64,000 bases of DNA, taken from contig CM052818.1 of NCBI GenBank assembly GCA_028534125.1, positions 22,322,001 to 22,386,000 of the forward strand. Reading direction: 5' to 3'. Source of the stretch: Lama glama. Taxonomy: Eukaryota. Each line of letters opens with the position of its first letter. Positions within the stretch are counted from its first letter, which is position 1. Positions 1 to 11,599 of this stretch are shown piece after piece. Under the pieces are notes generated by a model that was not told where the DNA came from, did not search any database, and saw nothing but the letters and a program-made list of their open reading frames with translations. The position numbers were made by a program, and so were the translations under genes.

Positions 1-479
1 CGACCAGTGAGGCACTTGGGGCCTTGGTTTCCTCATTTGTAAACACAAGCGATGGTGTGAGGAAACCACTGTGCAATGCTGATTCTAAGCATTCCGGGTC
101 TGGTAAGATGATTTACAAACTGCAGAAAGAAGGAAGGCGGTCCTTCTAAAAGTCTCTGCGAGAAGCTTAAAAAAACGTCTTCAAGGAATGAGCCCTGTTT
201 TAGGAGGGACTTGGAAGTCCCCTTCCAGAGCTCCTCAGTCTCTCCCTGGGTCATATCCTCGGGTTGTAGGAGACAAGGAGCACCTTTGCTGGAAAGAGCC
301 CCACACAGAGGAGGTTCTACAGGATTAAGAATAAACAGATCAACAGAAGTGAGAGAAAGTTAAAAGGAAGAAGGAAAGGCACGGTCGGTAACTGGTTTGG
401 AGAAGAGCTGAGTCTGGGGTTCAGGCAGCTGTGGGAAGAACTGTGCTAGGTTCTTTTAAATCTAGATTGGCTTTTGAGT

Positions 480-610
480 TGGGCAGGCCAGCCTCTGCCA
501 CTTTCTGGCTGTTTGACCAAGTTCTTTAACCTCCCGCAGCCTCAGTTTCCCTGTCTGTAAAATGGGGATGATAATGGCTGTTCCCCAGGCTAGAAGTGGG
601 AATGCAGTGC
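480..610 (+). mobile_element. MIR SINE fragment
   Basis: MIR core CCTCAGTTTCCCTGTCTGTAAAATGGGGATGATAAT at ~540-575. Confidence 0.85.
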
Positions 611-1869
611 GGGATACGTAGGGAGGGTTTCCCCCTGAGCAGAAACAGCTTTTCAGTAGAGTTGTTCCTCAAGTAGAGAATTCAGTTTTTCTAGAAAAAG
701 ACTGAGTGAGCCCTGTGTCACACTGTCTGTGGTTCCTGCAGTGGGGGCGCTGACCACGGGCTTGGGTGTGATAGAGCTGTCCCCGCCCCCAGCCTTTGGA
801 GGGCCACATGGGCTGCACGGTTGAACTTCAAAGGATGGTTCTAACAGATGCTGCCAGTTTCCTGAAGCTGTGTAACAGCCCACGCCAGCCTGAATCACCC
901 AGGACTGAGGGAAGCTGGGGAGCAAGGTCCAGGAGTGCCGAGGGCTAGGTTAGTCTCAGAGGCTTCCAGGAGGCGGCTCCCAGATCCTCACTGCTAGAAT
1001 GCAAGAAAAGAATAGCTTGGCTGGGGTGGCTGCTGCTGTTTGGTGATTTCTTTAGTGAAATAAATCCTGGTAGCCCAGGATGTTGGGGCCTGGTACATGT
1101 GTATTCAGAGGGATCTCTAGGTGGAGGAAGGACTTGGGCCAGGAGATAAGAACCCTGATAAACTAGATCACAACAAAGGAATGCAACCTACTGACCCAGG
1201 CTGCCCTCCAAGCTCCAGGAACACACAGCAGTTCGTTCCAGGCACATCCGCCTCCTCCAGAAGGCCCACCAAGAGTGCTTCCAGTACTGTGGCTTGCAGC
1301 TGCCAGGCTACAGGGAAACTTCTTGAGTGGGTGCTGTGGGTGTGGGAGAGTCTGATGGGGTAGGCATGGGTGGGAAGAAGGTGGGTTAGGGTCAGGGCCG
1401 GGGTGGCTGCCTTGGGAGGTGATGGCCAGAGCAAGGGGCTTAGAGGCCCTGTGTGAGGCTGGCCCACAGCAGGTGGGAGGTATTTTTAGGTAGGCTCAGG
1501 TGCAGACAGAGACATTACGCCATGGCCCGACAGGTGGTTAATATTTAATCCCTTCCTTAATCATTAACTCCCTGGCCGGCTGGAGAGGAACGGGATTGTT
1601 GTCAAATCAGTAACCACAGGCTGGGAACAATGTCCACGGAGCTCACTGCCCCTCCCGCAGATGGGAGTGCTGGCCGGGCGGGGTTGTCCCTGGCCCTGGG
1701 GGCCCTGGCTCATCTCCTTCCCATGGTGACCTCAGGACGCGGAGAGGGCAGAGGAGGTCGGCAAGAATCCCCTCCAGGCCCGGACTGCCCTCTGACCCCA
1801 GGCGCTGACTGGTGGGGAGCGGCTGGGAGCGGGGTGTCCATTCAGGCGTGAGGATCCTGGGCCCTGCTT

Positions 1870-2015
1870 CCAGGCCAAGTGACCTTAGGCGAGTCGCAAC
1901 GTGGCCTCCGTGAGACTCAGTTTCCTCATCTGCGCAAGGAGGATAAATACTCTTATCTTAAAGGATGGTCATGAGATTTGAGTGCGATATGGGTGTACAA
2001 GGAAGTACTTTGTAA
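1870..2015 (+). mobile_element. MIR SINE fragment
   Basis: GTGACCTTAGGCGAGTC...CTCAGTTTCCTCATCTG core. Confidence 0.8.
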
Positions 2016-3494
2016 GCTAAAGACTGAGACTGCAAATAAGTTAGAGAAAGGACAAACAGAAAGACACAGAGAGTAAAAGAGTTCAAAGCAGAAAGAGGAA
2101 AGCTAGCATGCTCTTATTTCTAGTCACTTAGGGGCAGTTCCTTTCAATGCAGTTGGCTTTAATTCAGATCCTAAGTGTGTATATTGGGCAAGGCTGTGTC
2201 TGCAGTCCTAAGCTGAGCTTTGAGGCAGTTTGAAAGGAGTCAGCCTGGCCCTCAGGGAGCAAGGGTGACCAAACTCCAGACTTGAACCAGAACAAGATGG
2301 GCAGTGTTTGTGATGTAGGTCAGCAGTTCAGGGCTGCAGGGTCAGCAGGGAGGGGGTGGGGAGGACAGGGTGAGCTGGAGGGTCAGCACAGGCTTCAGGG
2401 GTGAGGGTGAAGAGGGGCAGGGGAGCCACCTGAGCAATGAGTAGGAGTTGGGTGTATAGGGGAGGGAGGACTCCTGAGTACATACATGTACCCCGGGCAT
2501 TCAAGCACAGAATTCAAGCACATAAGCAGACTGTGCAAGGGTGTACACAAATCACACACACTCACAAATGGATGTACGTAGTCACCCACGGCGCGTGCAC
2601 AAATGCACACACAGACAGGCACACCCCGTGGGGTACCCACGCCTCCTCCCCCAGCCCTCTGGGTAATTCAGCGCATCTGAGCCTGACTGACACCCACCAG
2701 AGGACTGAAGCCTACAGGGTGCATCACAACGCCGTGGTGTAGTCCGCCCCAAAGCAGAGTTACTTTTCCTCTGTTCCCTCCTTCAGCTGAATTTTTTAAA
2801 GCTGGTTTTCATCACTTATCTAAAGAGAAAATATGCAAAATAACTGGTCTTGTTAAGAGTGCAAGATTATATTTTTATGTAAAAATCAAAATTGAATTGG
2901 GGGATTGTTTATTCAGCTTGAAAAGTAACATGTACATCTTTGAAACCCTGCATGTGCATGCTGTAGCAAATATTTTTATAAATTATCACAAGCTTTGTTA
3001 TCTTTGTATACACGGCCACTTCAAACTGGGAATCGCTTTCATAAAAACTTTTTTTAAAAGGAGGTGCGACCAGATCCTCATGTGGGTGTGAGGGAGCTGC
3101 AGGCAGAGAGCTTAGAGTCGGCACGGGGACCCAGACACATCCCCTAGCAGGGATAGGAGACAAGCAGGAAGAGGGGGAAGGGACCAGGCAGAGGCAAGTC
3201 TGGAGGCCGCAGCTTCTTAGAGGAGGTGGGTGTGGAGCTGGCCTTTAGGGAAGAGGGATCGGAGGGGCAGAGAGAAGGCCCTAGGGGGCTACCGGAGCCC
3301 CCAGGAGCCAAGCTCTCAGCCTCCCTCTGGCTGCCCCAGCCACACCCCATGCTCCAGCTGGGACCAGGCCCCTGCAGCCAAAAAGAAACCAGGCAGAGAT
3401 TCCTCAGAAATTGGCCTGAGGGATAACAGAAATAGAATTCTGTCCTTCCCTCTAAGGCTGTATAGGAGCTTGGGGTAAAGGTCTTCTCTCTCTC

Positions 3495-3780
3495 TTTTAT
3501 TTTTAAATTGATGTATAGACAGTTTACAACATTGTGTTCATTTATGGTGTACGCATAGTGATTCAGTTATGCATATATATATATTCCTTTTCATATTTTT
3601 TTCATTATAGGCTATTATAAGATATTGAATACAGTTCCCTGTACTATACAGTAGAAACTTGTTGATTTATTTTATATATAGTAGTTAGTATCTGCAAATC
3701 CTGACCTCCCAATTTATCCCCTCCCATTCCCTTTCCCCGGTAACCAAAAGTTTGTTTTCTATGTCTGTGAGTCTGCCTTT
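3495..3780 (-). mobile_element. LINE-1 3' end fragment (artiodactyl-type 3' UTR)
   Basis: T-rich tail, then ATAGTGATTCAGTTAT...TATTGAATACAGTTCCCTGT...GGTAACCAAAAGTTTGTTTTCTATGTCTGTGAGTCTG; imperfect TSD TAAAGG(T/GC)CTTCTCT at ~3476 and ~3784. Confidence 0.85.
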
Positions 3781-3974
3781 GTTTAAAGGGCCTTCTCTGA
3801 GCTCTGTAAGCAAATACTGAGACTCCTGTAGGAAGCCAGTGCTGCTCCCTGCTCCCTGCTCCCTGCCCTGAGGAGCTCCTGTAGGCCGTGTAGCCAGGAT
3901 AGGATGTAGACGGATTCACATACCACCCAGTGTGAAAGGGGTCCTAATGGAGGTACAGACACTACTAGGGGCAG

Positions 3975-4210
3975 GTTATGGGTGGATTAGAGCTCAGGCT
4001 CTGGATCCAAAGTGTCAGAACCTAAATCCTGCCTCTGTCCATTCCCAGCGGTGTGACCTTGGGCCTGTTAGCTGACCTCTCAAGAACTGTCTCAGTTTCT
4101 TGTCTGTAACATGGGGATGATAAGAGTAAAGTATTTGATGCTTGTGGTTGTTGTGAGGGCTAAATGAGACACAGGACCTGGTGCCTGGCACAGGGTAAGT
4201 GCTAAAGCCA
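3975..4210 (+). mobile_element. MIR SINE, near full length
   Basis: GGCTCTGGA...AAATCCTGCCTCTG...TGTGACCTTGGGC...CTCAGTTTCTTGTCTGTAACATGGGGATGATAA...GTGCCTGGCACAGGGTAAGTGCT. Confidence 0.85.
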
Positions 4211-5380
4211 TTAGAAGAAGGAGAGTGAGTTTCTGATTCATAGGTTCAGGAAAGCTTCCTGGAGGAGGAGACATGTGAGCAGGCCCTCGAGGGAGGAGCA
4301 GGGTTGCCACAGATCCAGGTGAATGAAAGATGTCCCTTCCCTGCGGGCCAGGGTCCGCTGAAGCAAGAAAGGTCATGGCATGTTCGGGGACCACGAAGAA
4401 TTTTGTGTGGCCACATCCACTGCCTGGAGGATGGACGTGGTTGGGGTTGGGAACGGTCAGAGAAACTTTGGAATTTCCTGCTATCCTGAATAAAGGGGAA
4501 CTCAGGGAGGCTTGTGAGTGGGACCCTGACAACACGAAGGCAAGCTTCTGGCAGCAAAGATCAGGCTTTGTTGTGGGGCGGGCAGAAACCCAGGCAGACA
4601 CCCAGGCAGAAGGCCATCTGCGGCACTGGAGTCCTGCAGGAGGTAGGCCTCAAGGCTCTGGGCTTGGGTGATGTGGGAGGCTGGCCTGAGACCAGGTGGG
4701 AGACAGAAATGCTGACTCTTCATCTGTGGTCTTTTACCTGGTTAGACTCCAAATGTACCTTCCACGGGGCTCCATGGCTGGAGCCTTTGGGCATGCTCTC
4801 TGAGGCCCTTCCAGCCCCTTCGTTCTATGGGTCTGGCCCGGCGACCTCAGGCCTGTCACATCATTTGTCCTGCTTCCACTTTGCTGTCTGTCAAGGGAGT
4901 ATAGGAATTTCCGTCCACCCTGGGTTGTGGAAGCCCCAAAGGGATGCCCTGCTGCTTTTCTAGCCAAGGTTGGGCCAAGGGTCAGGCAGGGAGACTTAGG
5001 GCAGCGAAGGACCCAGGCCGCAGCTTCACCTCTGTCTTGCTGGGGTGGCCCCTCAGCTTATCTGAGTCAGGGCAGGGCTAGGGTGGATGCGGAGGAGATA
5101 CTCCTTCAGGCGGCCAGATACTGTGAGGGGATGATAAAGGGTGCAGGCCCAGAAACCGACAGAGAGGGTGGGACAGAAAAGCTGCCACTTCCCTGACCCC
5201 TTGCCCCACCCCCAGGCACCCTCCAGGCCAGCCCCACCTTCCACCAAGCCTACCGCCAGCCCCGTGGGGCGGGAGGAGGGAGAAGGGGCCGCAGGAACTG
5301 GCCTTTGAAGGTTGTTGGTGGCCTTTGGACACTGTGTCAGGGGACTGCTGGGGACAGAGGCCAGGCTACGAGGGAAAGGG

Positions 5381-5553
5381 AGGGTGACCAACTTGACTTT
5401 CCCAGTTTTAGCACTGAAAGCCTGCTCTAGGAAACCCCTCGGTCCTGAGCAAAGTGAGGTGGTTTGCCTGGGACTGTCCAGGTTTCAAAACTGAAAGTTC
5501 CTTCTCCTGGAAATCCCCTCAGTCCCAGGGAAGCCGAGACAGTTGGTCACCCC
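5381..5553. mobile_element. MER94-like hAT (Blackjack) MITE with duplicated internal segment
   Basis: TIRs AGGGTGACCAAC (5381) and GTTGGTCACCC (5542); internal TTTTAGCACTGAAAG / TTTCAAAACTGAAAG segment present twice. Confidence 0.75.
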
Positions 5554-5640
5554 AGGAGTAAAGGAGTAAGTCTGGGAGACAGGGTGACCAGGACGGGGGA
5601 GCAGCCAGCTCTTTTCCAAGTTTCCATAATCTTGATTCTT

Positions 5641-6357
5641 TTTAAAAAAATTTTTATTGAGGTAACATTGGTTTGTAACATTATGTTTCATGTGTATAAC
5701 ATATTTCTAGTTCTACATACACTACAGAGTGCTCACCATCAAAAATTTGGTTTCTGTCGCTCACCATAGAGTTGATTCCCCTTAACTCATTTCCCCTTCC
5801 TCCTCCCCACTATCCCCTCTGGTAACCACTACTCTGTTCTCTGTATCCACAAGTTTATTTTTTGTTTGGTTTGGTCATTTATTTTATTTGTTGGTTTATT
5901 TTATTTTATTTTTTTAATATTCCACATATGAGTAAAATTATATATTTGTCTTTCTCTGACTTCTTTCACTTAGCATAATACCTTTGAGGTCTATCAGGTC
6001 GTCACAAATGGCAAGATTTCATCTTCTTTATGGCTGAGTATTATACCATTGCTTATATGTACCACTTCTTCTTTATACAATCATCTATTAGTGGGCACTA
6101 AGGTTGTTTCCATTATCTTGGATTTTGTGAATAATGCTGCAATGAATATTGGGGGACATGTATCTTTTCGAATTAGTGTTTTTGTATTCTTTGGGTATAT
6201 ACCCAGAAGTGGGATAGCTGGATCATACAGTAGTTCTATTCTTAACTTCTGAGGCATCTCTGTACTGTTTTCCACAGTGGCTGCTCTAGTTTACATTCCC
6301 ACCAAGTGTACGAGGGCTCCCTTTTCTCCACATCCTCGCCAACACTTGTTATTTCCG
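5641..6357 (-). mobile_element. 5'-truncated LINE-1 (end of ORF2 plus 3' UTR)
   Basis: ORF 6081-6275(-) LRIELLYDPAIPLLGIYPK...CPPIFIAALFT is the L1 ORF2p C-terminus; poly-T tail at 5639-5655; TSD TC(T/C)TGATTCTT at 5630-5640 and 6361-6371. Confidence 0.95.
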
Positions 6358-8659
6358 CAGTCCTGATTCTTAACCACGTCTGCTTGTCCTCAGTGCACAC
6401 CCTGTGTGAGGGGACCACTCAGGTTTTCTCTCCAGTGCACACATCTGGAAGTCTGGAGCTGCCTCAGGAGAGGGCTTCTTTGCCAGGCTGAGGCTGGGAG
6501 GCATGGAGAAGTCACGTGAGAATCTTTGATGTTGGCTGCTCTGCCCCCCAGGAGCCTTCAGAGATGGAGCTGGGGCTACCAGTGGGCTGTGTGCCTCACA
6601 GCTTGCTGCTCTGGCTAGTGAGATGCTACAGTACCACAGATGTAACCGGCAGCCAGATCTCTGGGATCAGAAATTGCTGAAAATCAGAGTCAGGGTGCCT
6701 GCCTGGTTTGTAGAATTCAGTCGCAATGCTCTGCTCAGAGCTTCTGCGCCCACCTCCCCTCAGGCCCTGGTCACTTGCCTTGTTCCTGCATGGGCTTCTC
6801 AGTACCAGAGGAGGTTCTGGGAACAAGATAGGAAAGCTGGCAGGTACGTGGGAGTCAGGGACACTTTCCTAGAGAGGACTCAGAACAGGACTGGGTTGTC
6901 AGAATGGAGACTTTCTGCCACCAGCAGTCCCTGCCTCCCAGCCTTGCCTGCCTCCCAGCCTTGGGGCTTGGTTTTACACCCCTCTCTCACCCTGGAAAAA
7001 AGATGGACTTCCCTTACCTGGGACATGGAAATCCCAAAGACCCTTGGCACCTCTGTTCTCAGAGTGGCACTGGCCAGTCAACATGGGGCCAAAGCCTGAT
7101 GGAGTTAACAAGAGCAGGGCCTAGGGGACAAAACAGAAAGGCCTGAGGAGAAGGGCCTTAGACCGTCTATTGGGAGATGGGCCCAAAGGGATGAGAGAGG
7201 AAAATGGCGCCCCAGACATAGATACAAGATAGCTCCCTATAGGTCGGCTCAGCGAAAGAAGATTCTGAGGGACTTCATGGGCTCTGAGGAAATGTCTGAA
7301 CCAGATACCCACAGAACAACTATTTCTAGACTTGATGGAAAATCTACCCCCCTTCCCCTTCCAAGGATCCCAGAGTTGGTTGAGTGGGTGAGGTCTGTTA
7401 GTGAAGCTAGCTATGGTCTTGCTATTAACAGCAGGGTTGGCGAATGGACTAAACCGAGCTGACCATGTTCTAACTCGAGGCTCTACTGCTTCCAGAAAGT
7501 CGTCTTCCTTACCCCTCTGCTCCCCCAGCCCCACCAGAGGTTGGGGGGTGCTGCTTATAGCTCACCTCATTTTACCTGTATCACGCCCTATTGCTTTTGC
7601 CTGTTCACTTATCCAGCACCTCTCCTGAGTTGTGGTCCCTGTCATGTCACCTCTGAGCCCCCAACGCCTCTCAGCAGATGGCTGGAAGATTAAGGCCATC
7701 AGACCCCCAACAGTGACCATGAAGTCCCAGATAGGTGAGGGCCCTGGGGAGAGGGGCTGGTAAGGGAGCTCAAGGAGGGGCTCAGAGACCTGGCTAGGTG
7801 TCCTGGGGGAGAGAGTGCTCCAGGTGGGGTGGGTCAGTTCTGGGGCCCTTTGTGTCTCAAACTCAGCCTTCTCCGCCGTCCCGCACCGTCTCAGCCACAA
7901 GACCAAACTGTGTGAACAAATGGTACTGATGGTCAGGGGCCGGGACGGAATCCCCCCAGACAGGATGACCAAAGGGTCCTCGTCACTGGTTTTCTCGGTC
8001 TGCAGGGAGTCACAGGGAAGAGGGCCGAAGGGGCGGAGGGGTGGAGGGGAGAGGCTGGGGGCAGGGCTACCGGGGGGTGTGGCTGAGGGGAGAGGTGCTG
8101 AGGGCAGGGGAGCCAAGCCTAGTTGGCCTTTGAAGGGCAGGCCTTCCTGGGGTGGACACTTTAATCGCCCCCAATTAAACCATTGCCGGAAGCTTTTAAC
8201 AGCCTCCATACGGCCTTTCAAGGACTGCCCTTTTGTTAGACAGCCAAGCTGTTATGCAAAAAGAGAGCGGGCTGGGGGGCCTCTGACCACTTACCCCAGG
8301 ATCCAAGGCCAGCCAGCCCAAACTCCAGCCAGCCTCCAAAGAGTCTGCTTGTTTGCGAATCAAAGGTTGGGAAACCTGCTTTGATGTGGGGAAACCCAGC
8401 CCTTCCCTGTCTCCCCAGCTTCAGTCCCCTTGCTGAGGGTGTGGGGCCTTCTTCGATGACCAGGCCTTCACCCCTACAGTTTCCAGATCTGGGCCCTGCT
8501 AGGCTGATCGCCGGGGACCTGGGAGCCTGCCCTTACTTCAAGGAGCAGGTCTGCAGGGATGGTGAAAACTTTCACTGTCCCACTGCCCCCGTGGGCAAAG
8601 AGACCCTGACCCTACCTCCTCCAGCTGCTCTAGGGTCTTCCAGCCCTTGTGACAGAGCG

Positions 8660-8790
8660 TAGACCTCAGATGGGTGTCATCTGAGACGCTGTTAGAAATG
8701 CAGGCTCTCAGGCCCCACCCTAGAAGAACTGGATCAGAATCTGCTTTTTAACAACCCCCCTCCACCCAGGTGAAGTTTGAGAAATGCTGC
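8660..8790. mobile_element. MER5A-type hAT-Charlie MITE
   Basis: TGTTAGAAATGCAGGCTCTCAGGCCCCACCC...ATCAGAATCTGCTTTTTAACAA...AAGTTTGAGAAATGCTGCTCTAG. Confidence 0.85.
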
Positions 8791-9964
8791 TCTAGTGTCT
8801 TCCCTTCTCTGCATCTCCTCTTCCACTAACCCCCCAACCAAAACAAAATAAAAAACAAAAACAAGATTAAGTGTAGAAATGATATAAGCCATGATAAATT
8901 ATGGCCAATATAGCCCTCTGCTTTCCAAACTTTCCACAACATATAATTTCTTTAAAAGTCAACAACAAAGCCCTTTCTGTAAATAGCAGCTTCTGGAGGA
9001 CCCCAAATGGCAGGTTCCATTTGGTCATTTGGTTCACATCAAAACCCTCCACGCTTGATTTCCACATCTGTCCCTCATTCCATCCTCAGAACTTCGTGAA
9101 GGAGACAAGACAAGCATCCCTATCATATAGCAGAGGAAACTGAAGCCCAGAAAGGTTATAGTGGCTGAGTTAGAGGGGAAAACACGGGGTCTCCATACTC
9201 TCAGGTCCAACAGGGCTGCCACCGACAGCTGTGTGGTGTGTGCACTGCACAAATGTGCCTGACCCTGAGGATGGGAGTAGGGGCTGAGGTATATTTCCCA
9301 CTCTGCTCTCTAAGAGTGTCAGGGTGTCCTAGTGTGGACAGGGCCCCATGTGCTAGAGGAAGGGGAGCCTTTTTCTGTTACACAAAGTCCACATATAGGA
9401 AAGCAAAATCCTGGCACTTCCAGAGTTCCCCGTTTCCCACCTCCTCCTCCTCCTCCGCACAAAAGCTGTGGGACATCAAGCATCTGTGACCTGCCAGCCT
9501 TCAGGCTTTAGGGCTTCTTCCAGGATCCCACTTAGTCACCAGGACAACTCTCTGCCTCATTCTTCCGGATAAGACCCAATTCTTCTGCTTCTTTCCTTGA
9601 AGCTGGTTTCTTGAAAACCAAACAAGACCCAGGGGCACTCCAGATGAGTCAGATCCTGTCAGCACAAAGGTCTCCCACTGCTCACTCTGGATGAATAGCC
9701 TGGCTCAGCCTGGCGGATGAAGTAGGGATTGGTTTAGAAGAGTTTTTTCTACAATCTCAGGTGTTGAAACTTCAGTCCCATCAGGGGCAAATCTTGAGTA
9801 CCTGGGGGAACAAAGGGGGCTAAAACCCACCTTGCTTTCCCTCCAAGATCCTACAGCAGGCTGAGCACTGAGAGAAAGATAGCAACCTGCAGAGGCACGC
9901 GGGGTGTTTTGAACACCTTGGGACTATGGGATCAGTGGAAGGCAGAGTGGTGGTGACCTTAGAG

Positions 9965-10282
9965 CAGGGGTCGGCAAACTTCTTCTGTGAAGGAGTGAAA
10001 ATTGTAGGCTGGTCTCTTGTCACAACTACTCAGCTCTGCCAGTGAAGTGGGAAAATAGCCGTGGACAATATCTTAATGAATGAGTGTTAGTATGTTACAA
10101 TAAAACTTTATTAATGGACACTGAAATGTTAATTTCATGTGATTTTCATATGTGCTAAAATTTTATGCTTCTCTTGATTTTTTTCCCCCTAATCATGTAA
10201 AAACCATTCTTAGCTCTCAAGCTACACAAACGCAGACAGTGGGCAGAATTTGGCCTTCAGGGCCAAGGTTTGCTGGCTCCTG
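9965..10282 (+). mobile_element. MER58B-type hAT-Charlie MITE inserted into a MIR
   Basis: Begins CAGGGGTCGGCAAACT, contains ACAACTACTCAGCTCTGCC and CAATAAAACTTTATT, ends GTTTGCTGGCTCCTG; 8-bp TSD CCTTAGAG/GTTTAGAG; MIR resumes at ~10290-10405. Confidence 0.9.
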
Positions 10283-11599
10283 GTTTAGAGCAAAGGTTTT
10301 GAGGTCAGTTGTCAGTTTTGGATTCAAGTCCTGGTTATTTCACTAACCAATGATGTAATTTGGGGAAAGTTACTGAGCCTGTTTCCCCTCTGTCAAACGG
10401 GGATGGAGAGTGAGCAGGAAAGATGAAGCGTGTGAGAGCACCTCCCAACCTCAGTGACTGATATGGGGCAGAGAATCCTTAAATGTTAGCAATGGAGGCC
10501 AGTGGTGGGGAGCGTGCGGCTGGAGAGGTCCAGGGACCATTCCAGGAGGGACGAAGGTCTGGGGCAAGCTCGGCCTTGAGAGGTGCAGTGATAGAGGAGG
10601 AGAAAGGTTGACAAGTCAGGCCAAAGAAACTGGCCTTAATCCTAGGGTCTGAGATGGCCCTTGAAGGCTCTGAAAAGGGGATCCTTCAAAGTGGGGCCAA
10701 GGGGAGGCCCACCTTCAAGGACTACCTGGGGGAAGGAGATGGGAAGCCGGGGGAGGAGGGAATGTTTGGGGAAACACCATGTGCCTAGGAGACATACGAC
10801 GAGGTTATTGGTGAGTCTAGATGATTGAGACCTGGTCGGGGAGGAGGAGCGGTTATCAAGGGAGTATCAGGACCAATAGATGGTAACATAGCTGGGTGTG
10901 CCGTTTCATTTGTAATCACCTGCAGGTGCTAATTAGCCCCCTTTCTGGACTGCAAGCACATTTCCAGGTTAATAATTTGAGGGGGCCACCTATTGTTTTT
11001 GCTGACCTAGCAGCCCTCCTTTGCCCTACCCCCAACTGCCGCAATATGGCAGTGCCATGTTACTGTAGACACCAGTCCCATTGCTCCCTCAGACTGAGTG
11101 GGCCAAGGAGGGGGTTCCCAAACAAAGTGGAGCCATGGAGATTCCTTCCCTGAGATTTTATTAACTTGGGATCAGAGAGAATATGAATTAATTCCCTCTC
11201 TGGTGGACAGAACACCAAGACGTGGAATGCAGAGCATCGGGGAAAGAAGCCGATCCCAACAGGAAGCAGAGCGGAGAGGCGAGTCCCTCCAAGGACCTTC
11301 GTCCCGCCCTTTGTGCAAGGCTCAGTGATTCAGTTCTTCCCCAGATTGTAGGAGATTCCTGAATCCTTTGGAAAAATTCCTCTTTCTAAAACAAGCAGGA
11401 GTTTCTTTCACTTGCAAATGAAGAGAATTACCAACCCAATGCATCCTCGCAGCTTTCTTACAGCTTTCTTGTTGTGCATTGGCTGTGAGCTGGGCTCCGG
11501 CTAATTGCCTTACAAGCATTACTCAGTTATGCTGTGAGCTATGGTGCTGTTATCTCCACTTTGGAGATGATAAAACTGAGGCTCCGTTTCACCTGACAC

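Noticed and set aside
7562..8384. Overlapping 219-aa and 189-aa ORFs
   Set aside because: Low-complexity G/C-run translation with non-ATG starts; better read as non-coding DNA.
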